A stretch of 64,000 bases of DNA from an uncultured Alphaproteobacteria bacterium (lineage in GTDB: Bacteria > Pseudomonadota > Alphaproteobacteria > RF32 > CAG-239). The position numbers and the translations under genes were made by a program. The notes under the pieces are model-generated. The model saw nothing but the letters and a program-made list of their open reading frames with translations. It was not told the origin of the DNA and made no database searches. The stretch is taken from positions 140,850-204,849 of the forward strand of contig CASZWJ010000001.1 of NCBI GenBank assembly GCA_949493535.1. Reading direction: 5' to 3'. Shown piece after piece: positions 20,169 to 28,250 of this stretch; positions within the stretch are counted from its first letter, which is position 1, and the number at the start of each line of letters is the position of its first letter.

Positions 20169-20891
20169 ATGAAAACGAATGTTTCTACTGCTTCCGAAAT
20201 GGCTGTGCTTTTACTGAATTATGGTGTGGTTAAACTCAGCCCCGAAGCTCCTTTTACTTGGGCTTCCGGCTTGAAGTCTCCCATCTACTGCAATAACAGA
20301 GATTTGCTGTCTCTGGCAGAAGATGAAGATCGTGACAAAATTATCGACATGCTGGCGGAGACATCTGTAGATGCTTTGCTTTCGCCCTCGGAAGATATTG
20401 ATTCCGTTGTTATTGTCGGCGTGGCTACCGGAGCAATCCCTTGGGGCGCAATGCTGGCCTATACGCTGGGTGTTCCCTATGGTTATGTGATTTCAGCACC
20501 GAAAGACCATGGTGCGGATTCCAACCGGCCGACGCCGGAAGAAGAGCAAGCCCGTCTGGCCAAGTGCCTGATCGGTAAGTTTCCGAAGAACGCCAAGGTT
20601 GTTATTGTCGAAGACCTTATCTCGACCGGCGGATCAAGCCTGCATGCCGAAAAGGTCGTTCGTGCCGCTGGTTATGATGTTGCCGGAATGGTTGCGTTGT
20701 TCTCTTATGGTTTTGAAGAGGCTCATAAAGCCTTTGCCGAAGTTGACTGCGATGTTGTTACCCTGAGTGATTATGACGAGCTGATTGCGGTAGCGCTGAA
20801 ATCCGGACATATTTCCGAGGAGCAGTTTGCTTCGCTTCAGGAATGGCGTGAGAATCACAGGGTATGGAGTCAGGCTCGTGGTGGAAAGTAG
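20169..20891 (+). CDS. pyrE: orotate phosphoribosyltransferase-like (type I PRTase)
   Basis: VKLSPEAPFTWASGLKSPIYCNNRDLL matches the OPRT F.L.SG..SP.Y motif. PRPP-binding loop VVIVEDLISTGGS. Confidence 0.7.
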   Translation: MKTNVSTASEMAVLLLNYGVVKLSPEAPFTWASGLKSPIYCNNRDLLSLAEDEDRDKIIDMLAETSVDALLSPSEDIDSVVIVGVATGAIPWGAMLAYTLGVPYGYVISAPKDHGADSNRPTPEEEQARLAKCLIGKFPKNAKVVIVEDLISTGGSSLHAEKVVRAAGYDVAGMVALFSYGFEEAHKAFAEVDCDVVTLSDYDELIAVALKSGHISEEQFASLQEWRENHRVWSQARGGK

Positions 20892-20913
20892 TGCAATCTT
20901 AATGTAAGAAAAA

Positions 20914-20948
20914 CAGGTTAATCCTTACAAGATTAACCTGTTTTTTTA
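20914..20948 (+). terminator. rho-independent terminator after pyrE
   Basis: Perfect 10-bp stem CAGGTTAATC / GATTAACCTG followed by T7. Confidence 0.75.
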
Positions 20949-21002
20949 TTGACCTTCGGTTGTTTTTATCTATGCTGAAAGCAGTTGTTTAAGGAGGATG
21001 TA

Positions 21003-21941
21003 ATGGGGCGGCGGAAAAAAGGCAATAATGTCCATGGCTGGCTGGTGATTGATAAGCCCGGGGATATGGGGTCTACGGATGTTGTTAATCAGACGAGGCG
21101 GTTGTTTAATGCCAAGAAGAACGGGCATACCGGTACGCTTGACCCTTTTGCAACCGGCGTTTTGCCGATAGCATTCGGCGAAGCGACTAAGCTTATCCCG
21201 TTTGTGACTGACGGCGACAAAGAATATGAATTTGTCGTTCAATGGGGGGCTGCAACGGCCAGCGGCGATACGGAAAGCGAAGTTATTTCCCGCGCGGATA
21301 AAATTCCCTCTAAGGACGAAATTTTAGCGGTTATTCCCAAGTTTATCGGAGAAATCAAACAGGTTCCGCCGGCTTATTCCGCAATTAAAATCAACGGGCA
21401 GCGGGCTTATGATTTGGCGCGAAAAGGCGAAACCGTGGAAATTCCCGAGCGAATCGTAACAATTTATAATTTGGAGCTGCTTGAAGAGTTGCCGGAAAAT
21501 AGGGCAAAGTTTCGGGTTGCCTGTTCAAAAGGGACATATGTCCGCACTTTGGGGCAGGATTTAGCGCTGGCTTTGGGGACTTTGGGCTATTTGACCGAGC
21601 TGCGTCGGACGAAATGCGGTAAATTTTCGCTCGATGATACGATTTTGCTGGAAAATTTGAAAAATATGGTGCATATTGAGAACCTAAAAGAAGTTTTGCT
21701 TCCGGTAATAACTTCTCTGCGCGACATCGCGGAGCTAGCTGTAACCGAAGCAGATGTTGCCAAACTCCGGCAGGGGCAAGCCATTTCACCGAGATTATAT
21801 CAGGATCAAAACCTGAAAGAAGGTGTGGCTGTTGCTGTTTGTAACGGGGAGCTGGTGGCTGTTTTGCGAATCGAGGAGAAAAGGATTTCCCCTCAGCGCG
21901 TTTTTAATTTTAACGAAAATGCCGAAAATGGTTCGGTGTAA
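21003..21941 (+). CDS. truB: tRNA pseudouridine(55) synthase
   Basis: HGWLVIDKPGDMGSTDVV and the catalytic GTLDPFATGVL motif. ATG at 21003 is preceded by RBS AAGGAGGA; the ORF track begins at an upstream TTG. Confidence 0.88.
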   Translation: MGRRKKGNNVHGWLVIDKPGDMGSTDVVNQTRRLFNAKKNGHTGTLDPFATGVLPIAFGEATKLIPFVTDGDKEYEFVVQWGAATASGDTESEVISRADKIPSKDEILAVIPKFIGEIKQVPPAYSAIKINGQRAYDLARKGETVEIPERIVTIYNLELLEELPENRAKFRVACSKGTYVRTLGQDLALALGTLGYLTELRRTKCGKFSLDDTILLENLKNMVHIENLKEVLLPVITSLRDIAELAVTEADVAKLRQGQAISPRLYQDQNLKEGVAVAVCNGELVAVLRIEEKRISPQRVFNFNENAENGSV

Positions 21942-21961
21942 AAATTTAAAAAGGAAAACAG

Positions 21962-22231
21962 ATGTCGATTACTAATGAAAAAAAACAAGAATTAATCAAA
22001 ACTTATGCTATTAATCCGAATGATACCGGTTCTCCGGAAGTTCAGATTGCTATTTGGACTGCCCGTATCAACAGTTTGATTGAGCATTTCAATACTCATG
22101 CAAAAGACAAACATTCTCGTTTGGGCTTGATGAAAATGGTTTCACGCCGCCGTCACCTTTTGGACTATCTGAAAGGCAAGAGCGAGAGCCGTTATCAGGA
22201 AATCATTAAAAAACTGGATCTCAGAAAATAA
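21962..22231 (+). CDS. rpsO: 30S ribosomal protein S15
   Basis: 89 aa, typical S15 sequence ...[22 protein letters not shown]...[14 protein letters not shown]. Confidence 0.95.
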   Translation: MSITNEKKQELIKTYAINPNDTGSPEVQIAIWTARINSLIEHFNTHAKDKHSRLGLMKMVSRRRHLLDYLKGKSESRYQEIIKKLDLRK

Positions 22232-22253
22232 TCAGGGAATCGTTTTTATGCAG

Positions 22254-22345
22254 TATCTAGAGCGATTTTACGCCGTCTCAAAAAATTCATGTACCCAAAT
22301 GTACACTAAAATTTTTTTCGCGACTAGAAATCACTCTATCTATCA
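22254..22345 (+). repeat. full-length ~90-bp nested palindromic intergenic element (copy A)
   Basis: Left arm TCTAGAGCGATTTTA (22256-22270). Core hairpin AAAAAATT-c-aTGTAC-ccaaat-GTACAct-AATTTTTT (22280-22317). Right arm AAATCACTCTATCTAT (22328-22343), which is the inverted complement of the left arm with one mismatch. Confidence 0.7.
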
Positions 22346-22387
22346 GCTTAAAAACAATTCTGCTTGGTTAGAAGATAATTAAAGGGT

Positions 22388-22416
22388 GCGGGGCGCTGGC
22401 TCCGCTTTCCTTTTAT
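22388..22416 (+). terminator. possible rpsO terminator/attenuator
   Basis: GC-rich hairpin GCGGggcgctggctCCGC followed by TTTCCTTTT. Confidence 0.35.
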
Positions 22417-22457
22417 AAAAAAATCCTTGGTTTTCAAGGTGAGGAATATGGGCTTAG

Positions 22458-22499
22458 CTCTTAGGCAAGAGCATTGAAAAAGATGCTTTTTCCTAAGAG
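22458..22499 (+). promoter_or_regulatory. pnp leader hairpin (candidate RNase III autoregulatory site)
   Basis: CTCTTAGG-caag-AGCAT-tgaaaaag-ATGCT-tttt-CCTAAGAG. A long bipartite stem about 45 nt upstream of the pnp ATG, analogous in position to the E. coli pnp leader. Confidence 0.5.
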
Positions 22500-22541
22500 G
22501 TAAGTCCGGAAGATGTAAAAATGTTATAGAAAGGATATCGT

Positions 22542-24668
22542 ATGATAGATTTTAAAGTGTCCAGAAAAGAAATGGACTGGGGCGGCCGCAAGTTGGTTTT
22601 AGAAACCGGTAAAGTTGCCCGTCAGGCTGAAGGCGCCGTTTTGGCAACCTATGGCGAAACAGAAGTTATCGCAACGGTCTGCGCGGCTAAAGAAGCCAAG
22701 CCTGATCAGGACTTTTTCCCGTTGACAGTCAACTATCAGGAAAAATATTATGCTGCCGGCAAAGTTCCGGGCGGCTTTATGAAAAGAGAAGGCAAACCTT
22801 CCGAACGCGAAGTTTTGATTTCCCGTTTGATTGACAGGCCTATCCGCCCTTTGTTTCCCGATGCTTTCAAAAATGAAGTTCAGGTCGTCTGCACCGTTTT
22901 GTCTCATGACAAACAAACAGACTCCGATATCTTGTCAATGATTGCCGCTTCTGCCGCTTTGGCTGTTTCCGGCATTCCGTTCTTAGGGCCTATCGGCGCT
23001 GCCAAAGTCGGCTATAAAGACGGGCAGTATATTTTGAACCCGACTATTGAACAAATGAAAGATACCCAGCTTGAATTGTCTGTTGCCGGAACCAAAGAAG
23101 GCGTTTTGATGGTTGAATCCGAAGCTCAGGAACTTTCTGAAGAAACTATGCTTGGCGCTGTTATGTTTGGTTTTGAAAACTTCCAGCCGGTTATTAAAAT
23201 GATTGACGAATTGGCTGCCGAAGCAGGCAAACCCCGCTGGGTTGCACCGACCTTCCCGAAAGAGTTTGACGAACTTTATGCCCGTGTCGAAAAAGAATTC
23301 CGCACTAAATATGAAGAGGCTTTCAAAGAGACCGACAAGTTGAAACGCGGTGAAAATCTCGGCAGATTGGCTGAAGAAGTCAAAGCTACCATTGATGAAG
23401 AAAATGAGTTGGAAGTCCGCTATGTCGGCGATGTTATTGAAAAACTGATGCACAGCGTTATGCGCGAAGGCGTTTTGACAACCGGCCGCCGTATTGACGG
23501 ACGCGATACCAAAACCGTTCGCCCGATCCAATGCGAAGTTGACGTGTTGCCGATGGCTCACGGTTCTGCATTGTTTACCCGCGGCGAAACCCAAGCACTG
23601 GTTGTGACAACGCTGGGTACCGGCGATGATGCGCAAATCGTTGACGGTTTGATGGATGAGTATAAAGAAGACTTTATGCTGAATTACAACTTCCCACCGT
23701 TTTCCGTTGGCGAATGCGGCCGTATGGGTTCTCCGGGGCGTCGCGAAATCGGACACGGAAAGCTTGCTTGGCGCGCTATTCACCCGATGATGCCGAAAGA
23801 CAAGGATACTTTCCCTTATACAATCCGCGTTGTTTCCGAAATTATGGAATCAAACGGCTCTTCTTCTATGGCTACCGTTTGCGGTACGACCATGTCTTTG
23901 CAGGCTGCCGGCGTTCCTTTGGAAAAACCTGTTGCCGGTATTGCTATGGGGTTGATTAAGGAAGATGACGGTCGCGTGGCTATTTTGACTGATATTCTCG
24001 GCGATGAAGACCACCTCGGCGATATGGATTTCAAAGTTGCCGGAACCAAAGACGGCGTAACTGCTTTGCAAATGGATATTAAAATTACTTCCATTACCAA
24101 AGAAATCATGGAAAAAGCTTTGGCTCAGGCTCATGAAGGCCGTATTCACATCATGGGCGAAATGGCTAAGGCAATTTCCGAACCGCGCGCGCATGTTTCC
24201 GACAAAGCGCCGCGTATTGTTGCCATTAAGATTCCGGTTGACAAAATCCGTGAAGTTATCGGTTCCGGCGGTAAGGTTATTCGTGAAATTACCGAAAAAA
24301 CCAATACCAAAATCGATATTTCCGATGACGGCGTTATCAAAATCGCTTCTATGAAAAAAGAAGACGGCGATGCCGCTTTGGAATGGATTATGGGCATTGT
24401 GGCCGAACCGGAAGCCGGCGTTATCTACAAAGGCGTGATTACCAAAATTATGGATTTTGGCGCTTTTGTCCGCTTCCTCGGCACGACCGAAGGTTTAGTC
24501 CACATTTCCGAAGTTAAGAACGAACGCATTGCTTCCGTTTCCGACTTCTATAAGGAAGGCGATACCATGTGGGTTAAATGCCTTGGTACCGATAATCGTG
24601 GCAAAATCAAACTTTCTGCCAAGAGAGTCAATCAGGAAACAGGCGAAGATTTAGAAGTGGAAAAATAA
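22542..24668 (+). CDS. pnp: polyribonucleotide nucleotidyltransferase (PNPase)
   Basis: 708 aa. Two RNase PH domains, then KH and S1 C-terminal domains. Confidence 0.95.
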   Translation: MIDFKVSRKEMDWGGRKLVLETGKVARQAEGAVLATYGETEVIATVCAAKEAKPDQDFFPLTVNYQEKYYAAGKVPGGFMKREGKPSEREVLISRLIDRPIRPLFPDAFKNEVQVVCTVLSHDKQTDSDILSMIAASAALAVSGIPFLGPIGAAKVGYKDGQYILNPTIEQMKDTQLELSVAGTKEGVLMVESEAQELSEETMLGAVMFGFENFQPVIKMIDELAAEAGKPRWVAPTFPKEFDELYARVEKEFRTKYEEAFKETDKLKRGENLGRLAEEVKATIDEENELEVRYVGDVIEKLMHSVMREGVLTTGRRIDGRDTKTVRPIQCEVDVLPMAHGSALFTRGETQALVVTTLGTGDDAQIVDGLMDEYKEDFMLNYNFPPFSVGECGRMGSPGRREIGHGKLAWRAIHPMMPKDKDTFPYTIRVVSEIMESNGSSSMATVCGTTMSLQAAGVPLEKPVAGIAMGLIKEDDGRVAILTDILGDEDHLGDMDFKVAGTKDGVTALQMDIKITSITKEIMEKALAQAHEGRIHIMGEMAKAISEPRAHVSDKAPRIVAIKIPVDKIREVIGSGGKVIREITEKTNTKIDISDDGVIKIASMKKEDGDAALEWIMGIVAEPEAGVIYKGVITKIMDFGAFVRFLGTTEGLVHISEVKNERIASVSDFYKEGDTMWVKCLGTDNRGKIKLSAKRVNQETGEDLEVEK

Positions 24669-24690
24669 ATCCGGAGTTTGTTGAAAGAAT

Positions 24691-24730
24691 AAAATGCGGC
24701 GGCTGTGTCTGCCGCATTTTTTGTGTTTTT
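24691..24730 (+). terminator. rho-independent terminator after pnp
   Basis: ATGCGGC-ggctgtgtct-GCCGCAT followed by TTTTTTGTGTTTTT. Confidence 0.7.
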
Positions 24731-24892
24731 AAGCTGTAATTAAATGTTGACGGAACAGGAATAAGTTTCTATGGTTCAATTATATAAAAACTTATTTATT
24801 CCCTAAGAATTATGCCTTGCTCTCAGGTGTCTTTTTTTGCGGAAAAAACATTCTGACAGTACCTAAATATTATTTAACTTTAATGATAAGCT

Positions 24893-25186
24893 ATGGAAAC
24901 GTTGACAGTTGTCTTGTTTTTGCTGTTCAGCGCTCTGGTTTGTGTTTTTCGTTTTTGGAGTGTTATTCGTAATGCAAAAAGAGTGAAACGCGAAAATGTT
25001 AAGCAAGAAGCCATTGTTTTGGCCCGAGTTAAAGAAAAAAGAGATTCCGTCTGGATTTGCAAGTTCTTTAGATTCGGCAACCATTATGGCTTTTTTCGCG
25101 GAAAACCGAAATCAGACCGCGTTGAAGCTGTTATTGTCGGTTATGACAAAGAAACCGATATGTATGAACTAAAAGAATTGTTCTGA
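24893..25186 (+). CDS. hypothetical small protein with N-terminal TM helix (97 aa)
   Basis: ORF with a hydrophobic N-terminus (LTVVLFLLFSALVCVF) and weak RBS. I recognise no family. Confidence 0.3.
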   Translation: METLTVVLFLLFSALVCVFRFWSVIRNAKRVKRENVKQEAIVLARVKEKRDSVWICKFFRFGNHYGFFRGKPKSDRVEAVIVGYDKETDMYELKELF

Positions 25187-25355
25187 CTGACAATTAAAGG
25201 CATTTTTTGCGGTGAAACGCAAAAGTGCCTTTAGTTTTGTAGCTTGTATAAAAAAATCTTGAATAATCCAAAATTTGGGTGTATGAGTCGAGTCAATCGT
25301 ACGGACACCCCTGGAGGTTCGGCGATGTTTTTAACTTAAATAAAGGATTTTTAAA

Positions 25356-25646
25356 ATGTCTGATATTACATTTAATGCAATGAAACGTGAGAAAGCAGGT
25401 AAGGGGGCAGCTCGTGCATGTCGTCGTGAGGGTCGTGTCCCTGCAGTTATTTATGGCGGCAACAAAGATGCCATTATGATCAGCCTTAACCCGGTTGAAC
25501 TCGAAAAAGCTTTGGATATGGTCGGCTTTTACGATGCTGATATTGAAATCGTTTTAGACGGCAAGAAACACAGCGTTGTTTGTCAGGATGTGCAGTTTCA
25601 TCCTGTGTCTGACGCGCCGATTCACGTCGACTTTTTAAGAAAATAA
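25356..25646 (+). CDS. rplY: 50S ribosomal protein L25 (short form)
   Basis: 96 aa. MSDITFNAMKREKAGKGAARACRREGRVPAVIYGG is the L25 signature. Confidence 0.85.
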   Translation: MSDITFNAMKREKAGKGAARACRREGRVPAVIYGGNKDAIMISLNPVELEKALDMVGFYDADIEIVLDGKKHSVVCQDVQFHPVSDAPIHVDFLRK

Positions 25647-25680
25647 GTCATATTTTGGCTTATTAATACGGAAATTGCGG

Positions 25681-25728
25681 GGAGAAAGTTTCCTCATGTA
25701 CGTTTATGTACACTCCGGTACTTTCTCC
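25681..25728 (+). repeat. GTAC-core hairpin element, subfamily 2 (copy E)
   Basis: GGAGAAAGT pairs with ACTTTCTCC (9 bp), enclosing CATGTAC-gtttat-GTACACT-ccgg-TAC. Three GTAC units sit at 10-bp phasing. Confidence 0.6.
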
Positions 25729-25821
25729 CTTATTTCTTATTACTAAGCTCAAACTCTGACTTATTTTCAGCGGCTTATTTTCAAATCCTGCGTGTCAGGG
25801 TTTTTTTGTAGAAAGTTAAAA

Positions 25822-26394
25822 ATGTTTTTAATCGTTGGTTTGGGGAATCCCGGTGCGGAATATGACAAGACGCGGCATAATGCCGGCTTTATGGCGGCAG
25901 ATGCTTTACATGCCTGTTATCGTTTTGCCCCATATAAATCCAAGTTTGACGGTTTGATTGCCGAAGGGCAAATCAATGGTGAAAAAGTATTTCTGTTAAA
26001 GCCCCAGACCTATATGAACCTTTCCGGAAATTCGGTTGTCAAAGCGGCTAATTTTTATAAGATTTTGCCGCAGAATATTGTTGTTATTCATGATGATTTG
26101 GATTTGCCGGCCGGTAAAATCAAAGCCAAAACAGGAGGAGGCGCCGGCGGGCATAACGGACTGAAGTCTATTGATGCGGCGATTACTCCTGATTATCATC
26201 GTATCCGTTTGGGGGTTGGCCATCCGCAGGGTGCTGGCGAAGCGGTTGTCAATCATGTTTTGTCTCGCTTTTCAAAGTCTGATTTTGAGCTGATTGAGCA
26301 AAATATTGATTTGATATGCGAAACGCTGCCGGTTCTGTTGAAAGAAGGTATGGCAAGCTATTCCAACAAACTCGGAATGGCTGCCAAAAAATAG
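25822..26394 (+). CDS. pth: peptidyl-tRNA hydrolase
   Basis: MFLIVGLGNPG...RHNAGF. The ORF track starts at an upstream GTG at 25792; the canonical Pth N-terminus begins at ATG 25822. Confidence 0.85.
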   Translation: MFLIVGLGNPGAEYDKTRHNAGFMAADALHACYRFAPYKSKFDGLIAEGQINGEKVFLLKPQTYMNLSGNSVVKAANFYKILPQNIVVIHDDLDLPAGKIKAKTGGGAGGHNGLKSIDAAITPDYHRIRLGVGHPQGAGEAVVNHVLSRFSKSDFELIEQNIDLICETLPVLLKEGMASYSNKLGMAAKK

Positions 26395-26450
26395 CGACAT
26401 TTATCGTTTATATAAAAAATTCCTTGAAACAGCGGGCGTTATCGGTTAAA

Positions 26451-26488
26451 ACTCTGTCTAAGTTGAATATTTCAGACGGAGTTTTTTA
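26451..26488 (+). terminator. rho-independent terminator after pth
   Basis: ACTCTGTCT / AGACGGAGT stem followed by TTTTTT. Ends 3 nt before the ychF ATG. Confidence 0.5.
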
Positions 26489-26490
26489 AT

Positions 26491-27600
26491 ATGGGTTTTA
26501 ATTGCGGTATTGTCGGCTTGCCGAATGTGGGCAAATCTACGTTGTTTAATGCTTTGACGCAAACGATTGCAGCTCAGGCAGCCAATTTTCCTTTTTGTAC
26601 GATTGAGCCGAATACGGGGCGCGTTGCGGTTCCCGATAAACGTTTAGACAAGCTGGTCGAGATGGTGCAGCCAAAGTCGGTTGTGCCGACACAGCTTGAA
26701 TTTGTGGATATTGCCGGTTTGGTAAAAGGCGCTTCCAAAGGCGAGGGGCTGGGTAATCAATTTTTGGCCAATATTCGCGAAACGGATGCGATTATTCATG
26801 TTTTGCGTTGCTTTGACGATGATAACATTACCCACGTAGAAGGTTCGGTTGATCCGGTGCGCGATGCGGAGATTGTTGAAACAGAATTGATGATTGCTGA
26901 TCTTGAATCTTTGGAAAAACGTTTTGATCAGGCTCAGAAAAAAGCCCGCGGCGGCGATAAAGAAGCGATTGTTAATGTGAGTGTCATGGGACCGGTTATC
27001 GAGGCTCTCAAAGCGGGCAAGCCGGCACGTACGGCAATGCCGGACAGCGGCAATAAAGATGCCGTGAAAGCGTATAAAATGCTCCAGCTTTTGACAGCCA
27101 AGCCGGTTTTGTATGTTTGTAATGTTGATGAAGATTCTGCTGCGACCGGCAATAAGTTTTCCGAGCAGGTTTTTGCCAAGGCAGCAAATGAAAATGCCGA
27201 AGCGGTAATTATCTCCGCGGCAATCGAATCGGAAGTTGCACAATTGGAATCTGATGAAGAAAAGAAAGAGTTTTTAGATTCTTTGGGATTGGATGAATCC
27301 GGCTTGTCAAAAATTATTCGCGCCGGCTATCGCCTTCTGGGCTTGGAAACTTATTTTACTTGCGGTGTTAAAGAGGTTCGTGCTTGGACTTTTATGAAAG
27401 GTTCCAAAGCGCCGCAATGTGCCGGTATAATCCATTCTGATTTTGAACGCGGATTTATTCGCGCCGAGACAATTTCATATAATGATTTTGTCACTTTAGG
27501 CGGGGAGCAGGCCTGTAAAGAAGCCGGTAAAATGCGTTCCGAAGGCAAAGAATATGTCGTGCAGGACGGGGATATATTGGAGTTTCTCTTCAACGTATAA
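26491..27600 (+). CDS. ychF: ribosome-binding ATPase YchF
   Basis: [13 protein letters not shown]-loop. Obg-family with a C-terminal TGS-like region. Confidence 0.9.
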   Translation: MGFNCGIVGLPNVGKSTLFNALTQTIAAQAANFPFCTIEPNTGRVAVPDKRLDKLVEMVQPKSVVPTQLEFVDIAGLVKGASKGEGLGNQFLANIRETDAIIHVLRCFDDDNITHVEGSVDPVRDAEIVETELMIADLESLEKRFDQAQKKARGGDKEAIVNVSVMGPVIEALKAGKPARTAMPDSGNKDAVKAYKMLQLLTAKPVLYVCNVDEDSAATGNKFSEQVFAKAANENAEAVIISAAIESEVAQLESDEEKKEFLDSLGLDESGLSKIIRAGYRLLGLETYFTCGVKEVRAWTFMKGSKAPQCAGIIHSDFERGFIRAETISYNDFVTLGGEQACKEAGKMRSEGKEYVVQDGDILEFLFNV

Positions 27601-27621
27601 ATAAAGTTTATCTAATGGGTA

Positions 27622-27708
27622 TTTAGAGCGATTTTACATTGTTTCAGAAAATCCATGTACTTCTTTGCACACTGGGATTTTCTTCGTAATTAGAAATCAC
27701 TCTATATC
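27622..27708 (+). repeat. full-length nested palindromic intergenic element (copy B)
   Basis: Left arm TTAGAGCGATTTTAC (27623-27637). Core GAAAATCC-aTGTAC-ttcttt-GCACAct-GGATTTTC (27647-27682). Right arm GAAATCACTCTATAT (27693-27707). Stem bases co-vary relative to copies A and C. Confidence 0.7.
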
Positions 27709-27750
27709 CCTCATTATCTAAACTTTAGATAAATTGTAAGGAATTTAAAA

Positions 27751-28218
27751 ATGAGATTGGCTTTGTTTCAGCCGGATATTCCGCAAAATACGGGGACATT
27801 ATTGCGTTTGGGCGCTTGTCTGGATGTTGAGCTTGATATTATTGAACCCTGCGGTTTTATTTTTTCCGAACGGACGTTGAAACGTTCCGGTATGGATTAT
27901 CTTGATAAGGTTAAATACCGCCGTCATAATTCCTGGTATGATTTTTTGGAATATCGTAAAGAACACCCCGAAGAATACGGGAGATTAGTCCTTTTGACAA
28001 CGAAGGCCAGCAGTCCTTATTATGATTTTAAATTTGAGCCGAATGACATTATTTTAATGGGCAGGGAAAGTGCCGGCGTACCGCAGGAAGTGCATGAAAC
28101 GGTGGATGCCCGTTTGATTATTCCTATGAATGAAAATGCGCGTTCGATTAACGTTGCCGTTTCGGCGGTTATGGTTGTGGGCGAATGTCTGCGACAGACG
28201 AATGCTTTTCCGAAATAA
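27751..28218 (+). CDS. trmL: tRNA (cytidine/uridine-2'-O)-methyltransferase, SpoU/TrmL family
   Basis: 155 aa SPOUT fold (LAL FQPDIPQNTGTLLRLGA...). Typical of the TrmL size class. Confidence 0.75.
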   Translation: MRLALFQPDIPQNTGTLLRLGACLDVELDIIEPCGFIFSERTLKRSGMDYLDKVKYRRHNSWYDFLEYRKEHPEEYGRLVLLTTKASSPYYDFKFEPNDIILMGRESAGVPQEVHETVDARLIIPMNENARSINVAVSAVMVVGECLRQTNAFPK

Positions 28219-28250
28219 ATAAAAACCTCGGAAAATCCGAGGTTTTTATT
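28219..28250. terminator. bidirectional rho-independent terminator
   Basis: An A-run, stem AACCTCGG / CCGAGGTT with loop aaaat, then a T-run. Serves the convergent trmL (+) and the 28251-29612 gene (-). Confidence 0.75.

Noticed and set aside
25240-25330. GGGTGT...ACACCC hairpin upstream of rplY as a possible L25 autoregulatory leader.
   Set aside because: The stem is short with a long unstructured loop, and I cannot link it to a known leader family without a covariance search.
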